NCBI RefSeq assembly: GCF_000150275.1
Contig: NW_002060943.1
Location: 6,254,299-6,318,298, forward strand
Origin: Trichoplax adhaerens
Lineage: Eukaryota; Animalia; Placozoa
Direction: 5' to 3'
DNA: 64,000 nt
Shown here: positions 25,799-38,275 of the stretch, in pieces
Layout: every line of letters starts with the position of its first letter
Numbering within the stretch: position 1 is the first letter of the stretch
The notes under the pieces: generated by a model
What the model saw: only the letters and a program-made list of their open reading frames with translations
Told to the model about the DNA's origin: nothing
Database searches by the model: none
Translations under genes and position numbers: made by a program

Positions 25799-26998
25799 TT
25801 AACTCTTAGAATTGGAATGAAATTCCGATTTTATATTTACTAATAGCTCTGGGTTAGTCATAACTTCAAGGCAAGTCATAGCCATGGATTTTGCTGCAAT
25901 TATAGTCTGTCGATGACCGAATTCACTAGCGGATGCTTCAGCAAATTCGATTGTGTGATTTACTCCACTACTGCCAATAGTATAATAAGGCTGAATAGAA
26001 GCTACAACTCGTGAAATGTTACCCATATCGGTTGATGCAGCCGGAAGAGTTTTTTGGTCACTTAGGGTTGGAAATTTCATGCCAAAACTTTCAGCATTTC
26101 TTTCGTACATTTCAACAAGTTGTAGATTATTTAATAGTGGGGCATAATAATCGCCACAGATATCGTTGAAAACAATCTGGACACTACACCCAGTAGCTTC
26201 GGCGGCACTCTGAAAGCAATGTTCACATTTACGTCTTAATTCTTGTATTTCAGCATCAGTAGGCGCTCTTATGCCATATTCTAGTACTGTCTTAGAGGGA
26301 ATGATATTAGGTTTGACACCTCCATCGGCAATAATCCCATGAATACGCCATGATGGTTTGAACTGTTGACGCATTGTCGAAATATTGACGTAAGCCTGTA
26401 CAGCTGCATCCAATGCATTGATACCTTCCCACGGATAAGCCGATGCATGAGCATTTTGTCCTTCGTATGTAATCGTTAGGCTCATATGTGCAAGCACATT
26501 AGCAAAACCAGCTTCATATGTGCATGGATGTACCATCATAGCAACATCAATATCATCGAAACAGCCTTCTTTTATCATAGTAATCTTGCCTCCACCGCCC
26601 TCTTCAGCTGGTGTTCCGTAAACCACCACTTGTCCTAAATCGTTTTGGCTCGATTCTATCGCGGCTTTAATACCCACTGCAGCTCCTATTCCTGCTTCAG
26701 CAATCAAATTATGACCACATGCATGTCCTATTTCAGGTAAGGCATCATATTCACAAATAATACACATTTTGGGTCCTTTCCCACGAGCAAATGTAGCACG
26801 AAATGCAGTTGGTATAACGTGGCCGCGATCAACTTGAAAACCTTCTTTTTCTAGATAATTTGTTAACAAATCATGTGCTTTGTGCTCCTCGAATAGTAAC
26901 TCCGGATTTTTATGAAGTTGTTGGTTTATATCGAATAATTGGCCATCTCTCTCATCGATAGCTTGTATAGCTACCTTTTTCAATTCGTCAACCGACAT
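25799..26998 (-). CDS. PM20D2: PM20D2-like M20 amidohydrolase, paralog 3
   Basis: 399-aa single-exon ORF with the same motifs; ASTDMGN replaces GSTDMGN. Confidence 0.92.
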   Translation of the reverse strand: MSVDELKKVAIQAIDERDGQLFDINQQLHKNPELLFEEHKAHDLLTNYLEKEGFQVDRGHVIPTAFRATFARGKGPKMCIICEYDALPEIGHACGHNLIAEAGIGAAVGIKAAIESSQNDLGQVVVYGTPAEEGGGGKITMIKEGCFDDIDVAMMVHPCTYEAGFANVLAHMSLTITYEGQNAHASAYPWEGINALDAAVQAYVNISTMRQQFKPSWRIHGIIADGGVKPNIIPSKTVLEYGIRAPTDAEIQELRRKCEHCFQSAAEATGCSVQIVFNDICGDYYAPLLNNLQLVEMYERNAESFGMKFPTLSDQKTLPAASTDMGNISRVVASIQPYYTIGSSGVNHTIEFAEASASEFGHRQTIIAAKSMAMTCLEVMTNPELLVNIKSEFHSNSKS

Positions 26999-28128
26999 CT
27001 TTCAAGACTTTATTCTAATTTATTGAAGTGTAAAAATAGAATAATCAACGTATTTACGATGAAGGGACTTGATGATGTACTATTAAATTATGCATTAATT
27101 TTGTTGTGTCAAAATTAGAATAATAATACAGTATATAACACAGTATATACCCGTAATATATATGTATAATATAATTAATTAATAAGGAATACTATCACGT
27201 GGCCAACAACTCCCTAAGCAAGAACTATAACTGTGTATAAATGGCAAACTTTAAGTTTATTTATACACGTATAAATTTACCTTACGTACCGTACATTTAA
27301 ATTTTCTCTAAAGTACTATAAATTAATTCATCGAAAAGTAATTTAGCAATGGACTAAGATGAATTGATCGTGGATTACTAGAATTGACAGCACAGCATAC
27401 GCAATACAGTACTTTGCCATCCTAGATCCAGTAGACTATCCGATATTATTCGATAGGTCTATTTCTATCAATGCTACCTGTGGAGGAGCATCGTAATAAA
27501 TAGAAATAATCAATATATAATATTTAATACCAGCACATAATACGCGTCTATACGTGTACAGTAACTAAGAGCAAACTACAATTATGATAATTAATTATTA
27601 ATGGCCAATTTATACAAGTTATAGCCGCCTTCACGGTATCATCCTAATAATAACTGTATATCTCTCCCTCTGGAATACATTTACTTTAACAATCGAATGA
27701 TTAATGCGTAGCCAGTTTATCAACGACATATGCCGATTGCTCATATAAATTATAATTTATATCACTTTAAACATGATCTCCATGATACGACTGCATTGAA
27801 TATTGAACATATAGAATATTCGTAAATACTATGTTGATGCACTTTCCTCTACTGTATAATTAAATATTGTTATAACTGCGACAAGATTGCATGTTTTGCT
27901 ACCACTAAAAGTCAAATGTATAAATATGAAATCGATGTTTTAGAATAAAAGCAGTGATATACTGCAAGTTGTAGGCCACCGAAGTTTCAAAGTCGAATCG
28001 TGTTTGCAATCCATCCTAAATTATCAATCAGAGTCGTATTGGTACCGTGCTAGGATTATAGCTAGCCGAAGTTCGGAGCGACTTCTCAGTACGATGCAGA
28101 ACACTTCTATACTCTAAAACTCTACTAG

Positions 28129-28185
28129 AGACTTCTAGAAATATGCATAATCCAGTTGCACTACTGGGCATATTTCTAAAAGTCT
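28129..28185 (-). other. Inverted repeat / stem-loop with an 18-bp outer stem
   Basis: AGACTTcTAGAAATATGC ... GCATATTTCTAaAAGTCT, plus an inner CCAGT/ACTGG stem. The single mismatch becomes G-U on the minus strand. Confidence 0.75.
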
Positions 28186-28719
28186 ATTTTTGCCTGCACT
28201 CTTGTCCTATTCTGCTATCTAGTAGTCGATGGTCCAATATACGCTAGTAAAGTATACTGACTGCGCTAGCCGTTATACTGTATCCTAGTGATGTACCCAT
28301 GTTCTCCAACGTGTGCTATAGAAATCCTGTAAAATGCCAATCCTCTCTCAACTCGATCTACCTGTCAGGTCTAGTGTCGCAAACCTCGCTACAAGACTAT
28401 AAAGATTGACGACCATCATCGATTTCCTTCCATAGCTATGGCTTGAATAAGCACAATACGAAACGAAGCTAGTCCAATTCTAGTCAGTCAATTAACTTAT
28501 CTACTATGGTATGTTAGCGTACTTTACCTCTTGAGTGCTTTCGAGTCAGGATAACCAGGAGGAATTGCTAATATCAATTTGCACCTGCAGATCAAATCGA
28601 AGTAGAAACTGATCCGCTTTGACTTCGTTGTTGATGATTCAAGGGGTTGCTAACCAGCTATTAATTCATTATTGCACAAAATCAATTAGGCTAAATTAAT
28701 ATTGAACCATTGCAAAGGC

Positions 28720-31700
28720 ATGACTGAGCAACAATCGCTTGAAGCTATCCGCTACGATCACGATCATGGTCAGTTGAAAATATTAAATCAGCTGTTATTG
28801 CCATCAGAATATGTGTATGAAAATGTTGAAGGAATTGAAGATGGCTGGCAAGCAATTCGCCAGATGAAGGTAAGCTACATGAGTGATCGTGGATTTTTGT
28901 CTATGGATACGAAATGAAGGGAATGGATAATAGACAAATAGAGTAATTTTGCTATCAGTGATTTACTTGGCTGCAATAGCAGCATTTGTTTCATAACAAC
29001 ACCACCCATATTAATCGGGGTTTTCACTCATTTCTACGAACAAAGGTGATCATCAATTGATTTTATTGACAAGACTTATTGATACTGTCAACAAGATTGG
29101 CAAATCAGTCAGCTTGTAGAAAGGTTAATTTCTTGAATTAATCATACATCAATATTCTAATAAGCGAAAGAAGAAGTGTAGTGGTTATGATCATTGTCAT
29201 TTTAACTGCTGTACTTGATGATGCCTATCATTGGAACTGATTTAATTTGTAACAGCTTTTATATTGGACACGTTCAATGATCGATTGTCCGATTTTACCT
29301 ACTGTACTTAATAGGACAAAAAAGCCAAAACTGATAAAATACGACTACTCTTTCTGTACTGTATGCAATGCTGGTATACGATTTGTTGGACAAGCAAATC
29401 AACCATGAAATCAATGATCACATTGATTGCAGTCAGCTTTCTAACAGCCACTGTCGTATCACTTTCTAATCGTTAACAAGTTATAGCTTCAAGTGTCGTT
29501 ATGGGATACAGTTTGATCTTTCAAGATAATATTGTAATTTAAATTAATCGTTAAATCAAAGCACCTCAATCCAGTTGAGTTACTGTTGACAAAATTAGAT
29601 CATGTTTTGGATGAAATCAGTAAATTTCTAAATGACGGATTAATTTCATTATCTACTGCAAGCATACTCGTCTGTCGATTTAGATGATCATCTTAGTTTG
29701 ATAGCTCATCGATAACATGAACACTTTTAGAAATAATGGATGAATATCCATGCAGACTCTGATAAAGATTTTTGCTGATTCTTACGAAAATGAGAATAAT
29801 AGAGAAGATTTAATAAAAATCTTTTCTGTCATTGTACTGTTCATTAATTTTTACTTGGCTACTATTATCATCTAGCCTACTATGGTATACTTGTATGTCG
29901 TACTCATCTCTAGAATAGGCCTGTAATCTAAACAAAGAAATTATAGTATTTACAATATTAAGTTGGACGAAAATTGGAATTTTCTTTCTTCTGCCTGTAA
30001 ATAAATTTTTCTCGTACTTTAGTGTACAGTAAATCAACTATCATTTAAATAATCGAATTATATCATACCGAACATGAAGTCAGTTTTTCCTGATTTCATG
30101 ACGACCCATTGAAAATGATTAAATATGTATAATATCATTGTGAGAGATGGTAAACTCCTTTATGCCTTTTTGAATCAGTTCAAGATTATCATTGGCCGAT
30201 TTAGTAAATAATTAAAAAGTAGTTTATTTAATGACGTGATTTTCATCTCCTTTACTGAACGCTGAGATTTAAGTTTTTGGCTTACCTTCAGGATATAAAA
30301 TTATACAGGCATCAGAAAATACAAAGAGTAGATTACACGTTTGGGTAGTTTCAATACCTGGCATAATATCATTATTGCAACATACACATTTTTCTATATT
30401 ATGTAGGAAGCTTGTACACGAGTAATTTCTAATTAGCAACTGCACTGAAAAACAGGTTATAAAGTTTTGTCAGCGGTCTTAATTGATTCTGCTCTACTTC
30501 ATGTTCTAACGAATTCACTAGATTAGCATTCATTTTTTTTATCACTACGGTAGATATTGTGCCATAGCGCACTCCCTAGTACTGTAATGTACTTTCATAA
30601 AGTAAAGTGCAATGCTTTTAGAGTAAACGCTTTCGTGTTATAACTTCCTGTGTAACATACATTGATACACTTCTTAAATATATGTATCATCAGATCGCAT
30701 TTTTAGGTATTGTTATGAAAAGTCTCATCTTCATTTCATCCAGTAAATTATTAAAATTGTGTAAATTCTTGATGCACTGAATTGCTTGCTAATCGAATTT
30801 GTTTCATGTATTATGCATAATAAATTAGATTATGAATTCAAATTATATGAAGTATCTTATTCGGTAATAGGTAGTCCGAATTCTAGACGTTCTGCTAGTC
30901 TGTCGATTTAGATAGTACGTACTGTATACATTCGGGTATTAATCTTATGATAGGAAGAGTGGTAAATTCAATCTACATTAGACCTGATTCTACATTACTT
31001 TTTGGAATAGCTCACTGTCATACCATAAAAAATTTATAGCTGATATTTTAACTAAAACATTCTCTAAAGTCTGGATGCCATTTTCTTTGCATAGGCTCCA
31101 TTTATGCCAATTCTTAATCAAAAAGTCTTTGATCACTTTTACTAGATTTAAAGATAGATTTACACCATCTGCGTACATGTATGAGATCAGCAACGTTATG
31201 ATGTGAATTATCTATCTGATACTCTTTCAAGGTACGAGGTGCACCTGCCATTGCTATTGTTGGAATGTTAAGCCTGGCAGTAGAGTTGAGATCGAAATCA
31301 TTTACTGAAATGAATGAATTTGATAAATTTATACGAGATAGCTTAGAGCATCTGAAGACTGCGCGCCCTACTGCGGTAAATATTTTTCTGGCTTGCGATC
31401 TTATCACCAAATTAATTGACAATTTGATCATCTTGGGCGATGAAGCTGTTGGTGTAGCTAAAATAGAAGTTATAAGGCACATCGAGGAGATGCTTCATAA
31501 AGATGTTGAGGTATATGACTATCCTTTGGCTTTTGCAAGATTCTTATATATATAAAGTTGTTCTTGTAGCAATTAATTGCCTACGGTGCATCCTAAGCTC
31601 TTGCTAGTCGATATTCCTTAGCAATTTATAGATTGCCTATTTTGAACAAATACACTCTAATGAATCGATCATTTATGCCATGTCTACATATTTAGAGTAA

Positions 31701-32349
31701 TAAGAGAATTGGTAGCTATGGAGCTGAAGCAATCCTGGCGAAAGTACCTAGCAAGGAAAAGATAAACGTATTAACTCATTGTAACACAGGTTCTCTCGCA
31801 ACTGCTGGCTACGGCACTGCTTTAGGCGTAATACGATCTCTATATGGTCGGGATTCAATTGACAGAGTATTTTGCACTGAAACTAGACCTTATAATCAAG
31901 GCTCTAGATTGACAGCCTTTGAATTGGTACATGACGGTATACCAGCAACACTTATAACAGATTCCATGGCATCACTAGTTATGAAGAAGAAGGATATCTC
32001 AGCCGTCGTTGTTGGAGCCGATCGGGTACTTGGAAATGGTGATACTGCTAATAAAATTGGAACTTATCAGCTTGCTATCACAGCGAAGTATCATAAAATT
32101 CCTTTTTATATTGCTGCTCCAACGACAACAATTGTTTTAGATGACTCCAAAGATATTGTCATCGAAGAGCGTTCTCATAAAGAAGTAACAGAAATTCAAG
32201 GTATACCAATCGCTCCATCTGGTATAAATGTGTATAATCCAGCATTTGACGTAACTCCAGCCGAACTAATTACTGGAATTATTACGGAAGTAGGAGTATT
32301 TTCACCCAGTGAGATGAAATCCAAATTACAAACTATCTTAAATTCATGA
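28720..32349 (+). CDS. MRI1: Methylthioribose-1-phosphate isomerase; exons 28720-28869, 31232-31510, 31696-32349
   Basis: SLEAIRY...LNQLLLP...AIRQMK|[66 protein letters not shown] and NPAFDVTP, with canonical splice sites. Confidence 0.95.
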
Positions 32350-33922
32350 TTTTATTGGAATGACTAGATCAACATAATAATATTATTATGACATGACCTG
32401 TAATTTGTATTTTCAGTTATAATAATCCTGTAAAAGGTATTGTACATTTACTGGTGTGGTATAATAGGGATAACATGCTTTTTAAAGGTGTTTCTTAGTT
32501 CTTGTGAAAATTTTAACTTGCTTTTGATTGCTGTTAAAGTAAGCTCAAAGGAAGATGTGTTTTATTGATGCGAAGGAATTCATGAATTTTTCTCTTTAAA
32601 AGATTATTTCTTAATTTCACAGTAGCACGCTCTAACTCAATTATTGCAAATAAAGGTTGCGTGTTATTTCTCCTTTATATTACTCATCGGCAATATCGCA
32701 CTGCACTACAATATCGTATTATATATTCATTGTTGATCGGATAGTAAAGATCAAGAATTACTAAGAGCTGTTGTTCTTGTAGTACATTGCTGCAATGGCC
32801 AGAATTCGCTGTAGATTAAGAATTCACACAAAATAAATTTATCCAATTACTGGGGATGTGAATAAGGAGTTTGTTCCTACAAGTATGTTATCACTATTCA
32901 AGTTTGTCGCTTTGTAAACCTGATCTGTTAATAATTAATGGATAGTCCATTATTGATTTTATTATGCGATCAAAGTACTATATAATGTAAAAGCACATAT
33001 CATAAGAGAATTAATCCCATGGTTACGGTATTACCATGCTCCCCAAGTATCTGCATGAAGCATCAAGATCGAAATTACTTTATATCATTTAATAGAAGTT
33101 TACGTGTAGCATAAAGCTCATGGTACGGTATAAATCATACGAATGTTGTAGTTGTGTTGTCGAAATTATACATTAATAGCAGGGTAAACCCAATAAGACA
33201 TTCGTCGTCTGATACCATTAGCTATATGGTATATCAAGCATTTTCAAATTTCAAACAGTACTTAATATCTTACTGAAGTAAGGAACATAGATTGCTTAAA
33301 TAGATAAAATCACTTTATTGATAGTTAAGAAGAAAGTAGCTTCTATGACTGATGGTGATCATTATTGAAATTAGACTGTATTTAAAATGATCAATTTTAG
33401 GAGAGCATGTTAACTGATAAGTACGTATAACACGACCGTTCGAAAATAGTGACTTTATCAATGCAGTAGCATAAAATTAAATTAGTGATAGTAAAGCTAC
33501 AACATTTTTGTAAGCTAACTGAAAATAATAAAAGCTAAGTGGGTTTAAGTATACGCACATTTACAAAGAGCTAAGATACTGGATTAATGTTATACAGCGA
33601 AATAGCAAGGATATAAAACTGAGAGGTATTTTATTTGAAAGTTGACTCGCTAGTACAATTACAAGTACATCAAAATGTTTTATTGCGTTATAATGTCACT
33701 AATATGAAGTGATTTCATTAAACCGATTTGTGTTCCAAGTTGTTTATTGTTGAGTATGTAAAATAAGTATGTACAAATTTTTAGCAGTTTTTGACGATGC
33801 TACGACAAGTTGAAAATAGTTATAAAAATTGCTAGTAGCTGTTCACTTTGATAATAGATCAGGTTCGGCGGCTGTTGTTGTATCTTGACTTGGGCTCTAT
33901 CATTATCAATTTTTCTTTTATG

Positions 33923-35370
33923 TTAAGATTTCCAAAAATTTGGATTAGCGGCCATTCGTTTTTGAAAATTTTCAAACCACCTTTGTACTACTTCCACAGG
34001 AACATATGCATGGTTAGAGCCAGGCATCATTTGTGCTTGTGTAACAGCAAAAGAGGTAGCGTAATTACAAAAGTTTTCCAACATTTTATTGGTGAACTGA
34101 GCAAAAGAATCCAAATTGGAAGGCATAGCACCACTGACAGGGGTTTGTTGCATTAACTCATCCAACCGCTCTATTGACAATCCAATTTGAGCAATGTTGT
34201 TATTGATAAATTGATTAGGTACTGAAAATGTATTAGTCTGGTTAGAAAGAGAATTATCTTTGGCTTTAGCAATTCGGAATATTGCACTAGGTTTCTGATT
34301 TGAGATGTAGCCAAGTAATTGCCATACGGGCTCAGAATTAGGTGATGGCCAACAAAAGAATATGGAAGCGCCAAAGCCATCAGGCAATGGAATCGTCCCC
34401 AATAAAAATATGACTACATGATTCACATTATCTGCATTGGGTATATCGAAAACGAAATGTGTCTGGCTAACTTGACGGGGTTCACTCTGAATCTGGACGC
34501 AGAAAAGAAGCAATAATTTTAAGAGTGCAATAATACGCTTTCCCAGTCTACTGTATCTTTATAATGTACAGTACTACATTAGCTAGATATGTTGCAAAAG
34601 TTTGATACATATTAGGCTAGTAAAGTGAGCACTTATTGTAGCGCTCAATTGGTCAAAATAGGATCGTAGAGTACAGTATAGCAATCAATGGATCAAGCTG
34701 AGGGCATATGATATTTCATGATAAATATCCTTTTATTCGATTTCATATCATGGCGTATTACTTGCCCCGTCGACCTTTCAATGTTTCAACTTGGAAGGAT
34801 TAATGACAGTATAATATGGCATGATAGGGAATTGTCTAAGCATGACTTTTCAACTTTGTGTATTATACAATTCTAATTATTGGTAAACTAGTTGACACTG
34901 GTCTAAACGAAATCACCAGCTGCTGCAGTCTGATGATGTGAATTGATTGTGTTCTTCTTAATCAGTCAGTACCAGGCAATTCTAAGTACATCCTTGCAAA
35001 GCCTCTATGTGGCGTGCTGAGTAGAGGACTGAAAAATTATTCTATTGGACAGTCTTGCGTCCAGAACTGTACAATGATCAATACAGTTGAGTAAAGGAAG
35101 GAGTAGAGCCAAGATTTAGGATTAGAATATTTTCGATTGTATCACCCCAAACTGTACAAGATCCGTACTAAGAGGTCTGTATTATTAGCTTAACCTATTT
35201 TGTTCCATTTTTAGACATTATAGACAAATTGAGCCATAGTGGCCTGCAAGCACAGTATGCCATTAAAAAGAGTGTCGTTGTCTACTCATTGGCCTAGAAT
35301 ATTCCAGAATAATTTACTACCTACAATTTATTCAACATACCAATCTGCCAGTAACAACACAACCAAACAT
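33923..35370 (-). CDS. HIKESHI: Hikeshi / OPI10 homolog (HSP70 nuclear import carrier); exons 35370-35341 and 34492-33923
   Basis: Exon 1 MFGCVVTGRL|GT. Exon 2 contains NHVVIFLLGTIPLPDG, WQLLGYISNQKPSAIF, AQIGLSIE and WFENFQKRMAANPNFWK. Confidence 0.93.
35296..35310. promoter_or_regulatory. Perfect three-unit heat-shock element (nGAAn nTTCn nGAAn) in Hikeshi intron 1
   Basis: AGAAT-ATTCC-AGAAT lies 30-45 nt inside the first intron. A chance occurrence cannot be excluded. Confidence 0.35.
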
Positions 35371-35817
35371 GGATATCAATTCTATAATGGGGGAGCCAAT
35401 ATATCTTGTAGAAGATGAAATTGATGACAACTTGAAATATTCTTGCAATACGTATCTTCGTTTGCAACTTGAACAGTCTAGTACCTAAAAGTAATCATCA
35501 AAACTAAAAGTTGCCAATACAGTAGATACAGTGGGCTTGGCCATCAAATCGATCGCTAATAGCAGTTGATCGACGAACTAGAGTACAGTATATTACAAGC
35601 CATCATTTGACTCATCCAAGTCAATTTTAGCTATTAAGAATCATCCATCTTTCATCGATAGCTGTATGATATATACCTTATAATCTCAATGGAATCCAGA
35701 AATTGGTTTCAAGATCATCCATTGACTAATGATCGCTGAATGCGCTGTCGATCTTCGTCTGTGATCGCTCGTCACTTCACTTTTGCTAGTTTCAGGTAGA
35801 GTCCGAAATTTTGAAAC

Positions 35818-36075
35818 TGTCCAGCGTCCAGCGTCCAGTACTGTACAGTGAATGTACTGTACACTGAACGGTACTGTACACTGTACAGTACAGTACTGTA
35901 TGAAGTAGTCAGATACTGTACTGTACAGTACAGTACTGCAGTAGTCCACTGTACTGTACATCACAGTTTACTGGTACTGTCCAGTGTCCAGTGTACAGTA
36001 CTGTACTGTACTGTACAGTGAATGTACTGTAGTCAGATACTGTACAATGTACTGTACAGTACACTGTACTACACT
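35818..36075. repeat. Low-complexity ACTGT/ACAGT pentamer tract in mixed orientation
   Basis: Runs such as gtactgtacagtacagtactgta, with repeated palindromes tactgtacagta. Confidence 0.9.
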
Positions 36076-36513
36076 ATGGACCAGTTCTTGACTTTAGATA
36101 GTTTTCGTTGCAGTAAAAGAACGTTTTATATCAAGTGGTCCACTTTGAGGGTTCATGTTAAAAAGGGTACCGTGTTGTGAATTGCTATCAACAGTACACT
36201 AGAGTTCATACTAACAACCGTATTCAAGGCTCTTACTACTCTCAACCAGCATTTGTAGAATACTATAAATATTCAATCACAAGTATGATTCTGTAGCGTG
36301 ACAATAACAAATTGTAGCGTAGTAACTTTCTGTATTATTGAATTAGCGCAAAGACGCAATAGCAATCTGAAGTGTACTATTACTGACTGACACTGTCCAG
36401 CTAGAATTTCACCGCCACCATACCGGTTGTATCATACAGTACAGTACAAGCGGTGTCGTCATCTCTGCCTTCACTGCACCACCTACGTTCCGTGGTGACC
36501 GTCAAAGTCGTAT

Positions 36514-37260
36514 GACTCAACACAACTTCAACCCTTGTGAATCACAGCTGTAAATTGACTCGACACAACTTCAACCCTTGTGAATCACAACTGCAAGATG
36601 ACTCTATACAACTTCAACCCTTCTGAATCACAACTGACTGCGAGTTGACTCGACACAACTTCAACCCTTGCGAATCACAACTGCAAGTTGACTCGACACA
36701 ACTTCAACCCTTGTGAATCACAACTGACTGCAAGTTGACTCGACACAACTTCAACCCTTGTGAATCACAACTACAAGTCGACTCGACACAACTTCAACCC
36801 TTGTGAATCACAACTACAAGTCGACTCGACACAACTTCAACCCTTGTGAATCACAACTACAAGTTGACTCGACACAACTTCAACCCTTGTGAATCACAAC
36901 TACAAGTTGACTCGACACAACTTCAACCCTTGTGAATCACAACTACAAGTTGACTCGACACAACTTCAACCCTTGTGAATCACAACTGCAAGTTGACTCG
37001 ACACAACTTCAACCCTTGTGAATCACAACTGCAAGTTGACTCGACACAACTTCAACCCTTGTGAATCACAAGTGCAAGCTGACTCGACACAACTTCAACC
37101 CTTGTGAATCACAACTGACTGCAAGTCGACTCGACACAACTTCAACCTTATCAATCACAAGTGCAAGCTGACTCGACACAACTTCAACCCTTGTGAATCA
37201 CAACTGACTGCAAGTTGACTCGACACAACTTCAACCCTTATGAATCACAACTGCAAGTTG
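36514..37260. repeat. Minisatellite, 17 copies of a 43-bp unit (47-bp variants with an extra ACTG)
   Basis: Consensus GACTCGACACAACTTCAACCCTTGTGAATCACAACTGCAAGTT. Unit starts at 36514, 36557, 36600, 36647 ... 37217. Confidence 0.97.
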
Positions 37261-37312
37261 CTCGTACCAACTACTTCAGTAATCAATCCAATCAAGGCGA
37301 TTAAGGAGTAAA

Positions 37313-38275
37313 ATGGCTGCCCAAAATCAATTATTAGATGCTGATCAGATTCCAGCCATCTTTCGTGATGACCACATTATCCGAGGATACAGGAAACCTG
37401 GCTTGACAGTCATACAATGCATCAAGAGCATGTTGCAGATGAATAACGAGACAGTGAATTTTTGGACTCATATGATCCCTTTTCTCTACTTTCTAATACG
37501 TTTCTATACTATCGATCAGCAATATCAGCTTGTAGAGGATCCTTTCTACTGGCCTTTACTATGCTATATCGTGGGTAGTAGCTATCCACTCTTTAGTTGT
37601 ATTGCCCATGCCTTGAACTGTATGTCGGAAAGTGCACGACATATTTGTTTCTTTCTCGATTATGCCAGCATTAGCTTGTATTCATTTACATGTGCTATTG
37701 CTTATTTCTATTATCTTCGTCCAGTCACCTTTTTCACCATGGATTGGTATATTACTCTTTCCAGTATGATGGCTATTTGTTGTTGTTTAACATCGTGTAT
37801 TTCTCGATTATATGCCCATACTTCACGACCTTACATATACCGAACACTGGCTTTCGCATTGCAATGGGTATACGTCAACTCAATGCTGGCTTATAGGATT
37901 TTTTCATGTCATCATCATCAATGTCGTTTAACATCCGATTACTATCATACCATGCAATTTGTAATGGCTATATTGGTCGCTATCTTCATGACAAGTAAAT
38001 TTCCAGAATGCGTTTGGCCTACTTCCTTTGATATATGTGGTCAGAGCCATCATTGGTTTCATATTTTTGTATGTGTTGGACATCGTTATCAATTGGATGG
38101 AATTTTAAACGATATCCAACAGCGACAACATGTTATTCGTCTTATTAAACCGACATTTTCATCTACTTTAGGAGTTTTATTTGTAGTAATAGCTTGCAAC
38201 TCCATCATTGTGATCTATTTTAGTTATTTGATAATTCGGAGATCCAATCGTGCTAAGCAAGTAAAATCGACGTAA
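37313..38275 (+). CDS. PAQR-family 7TM protein, membrane progestin receptor (class II, PAQR5-9)-like, single exon
   Basis: IIRGYR, NETVNFWTH (ExxxNxxxH), SCIAH (SxxxH), FFLDYASI and KFPECVWPTSFDICGQSHHWFH (HxxxH). Confidence 0.92.
   Translation: MAAQNQLLDADQIPAIFRDDHIIRGYRKPGLTVIQCIKSMLQMNNETVNFWTHMIPFLYFLIRFYTIDQQYQLVEDPFYWPLLCYIVGSSYPLFSCIAHALNCMSESARHICFFLDYASISLYSFTCAIAYFYYLRPVTFFTMDWYITLSSMMAICCCLTSCISRLYAHTSRPYIYRTLAFALQWVYVNSMLAYRIFSCHHHQCRLTSDYYHTMQFVMAILVAIFMTSKFPECVWPTSFDICGQSHHWFHIFVCVGHRYQLDGILNDIQQRQHVIRLIKPTFSSTLGVLFVVIACNSIIVIYFSYLIIRRSNRAKQVKST

Noticed and set aside
35686-35964. 92-aa ORF (YSTV/YCTV repeats)
   Set aside because: Translation of the pentamer low-complexity tract.
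36514-37260. CRISPR-like appearance of the 43-bp array
   Set aside because: Units are contiguous with no unique spacers, there are no cas genes, and the context is eukaryotic.
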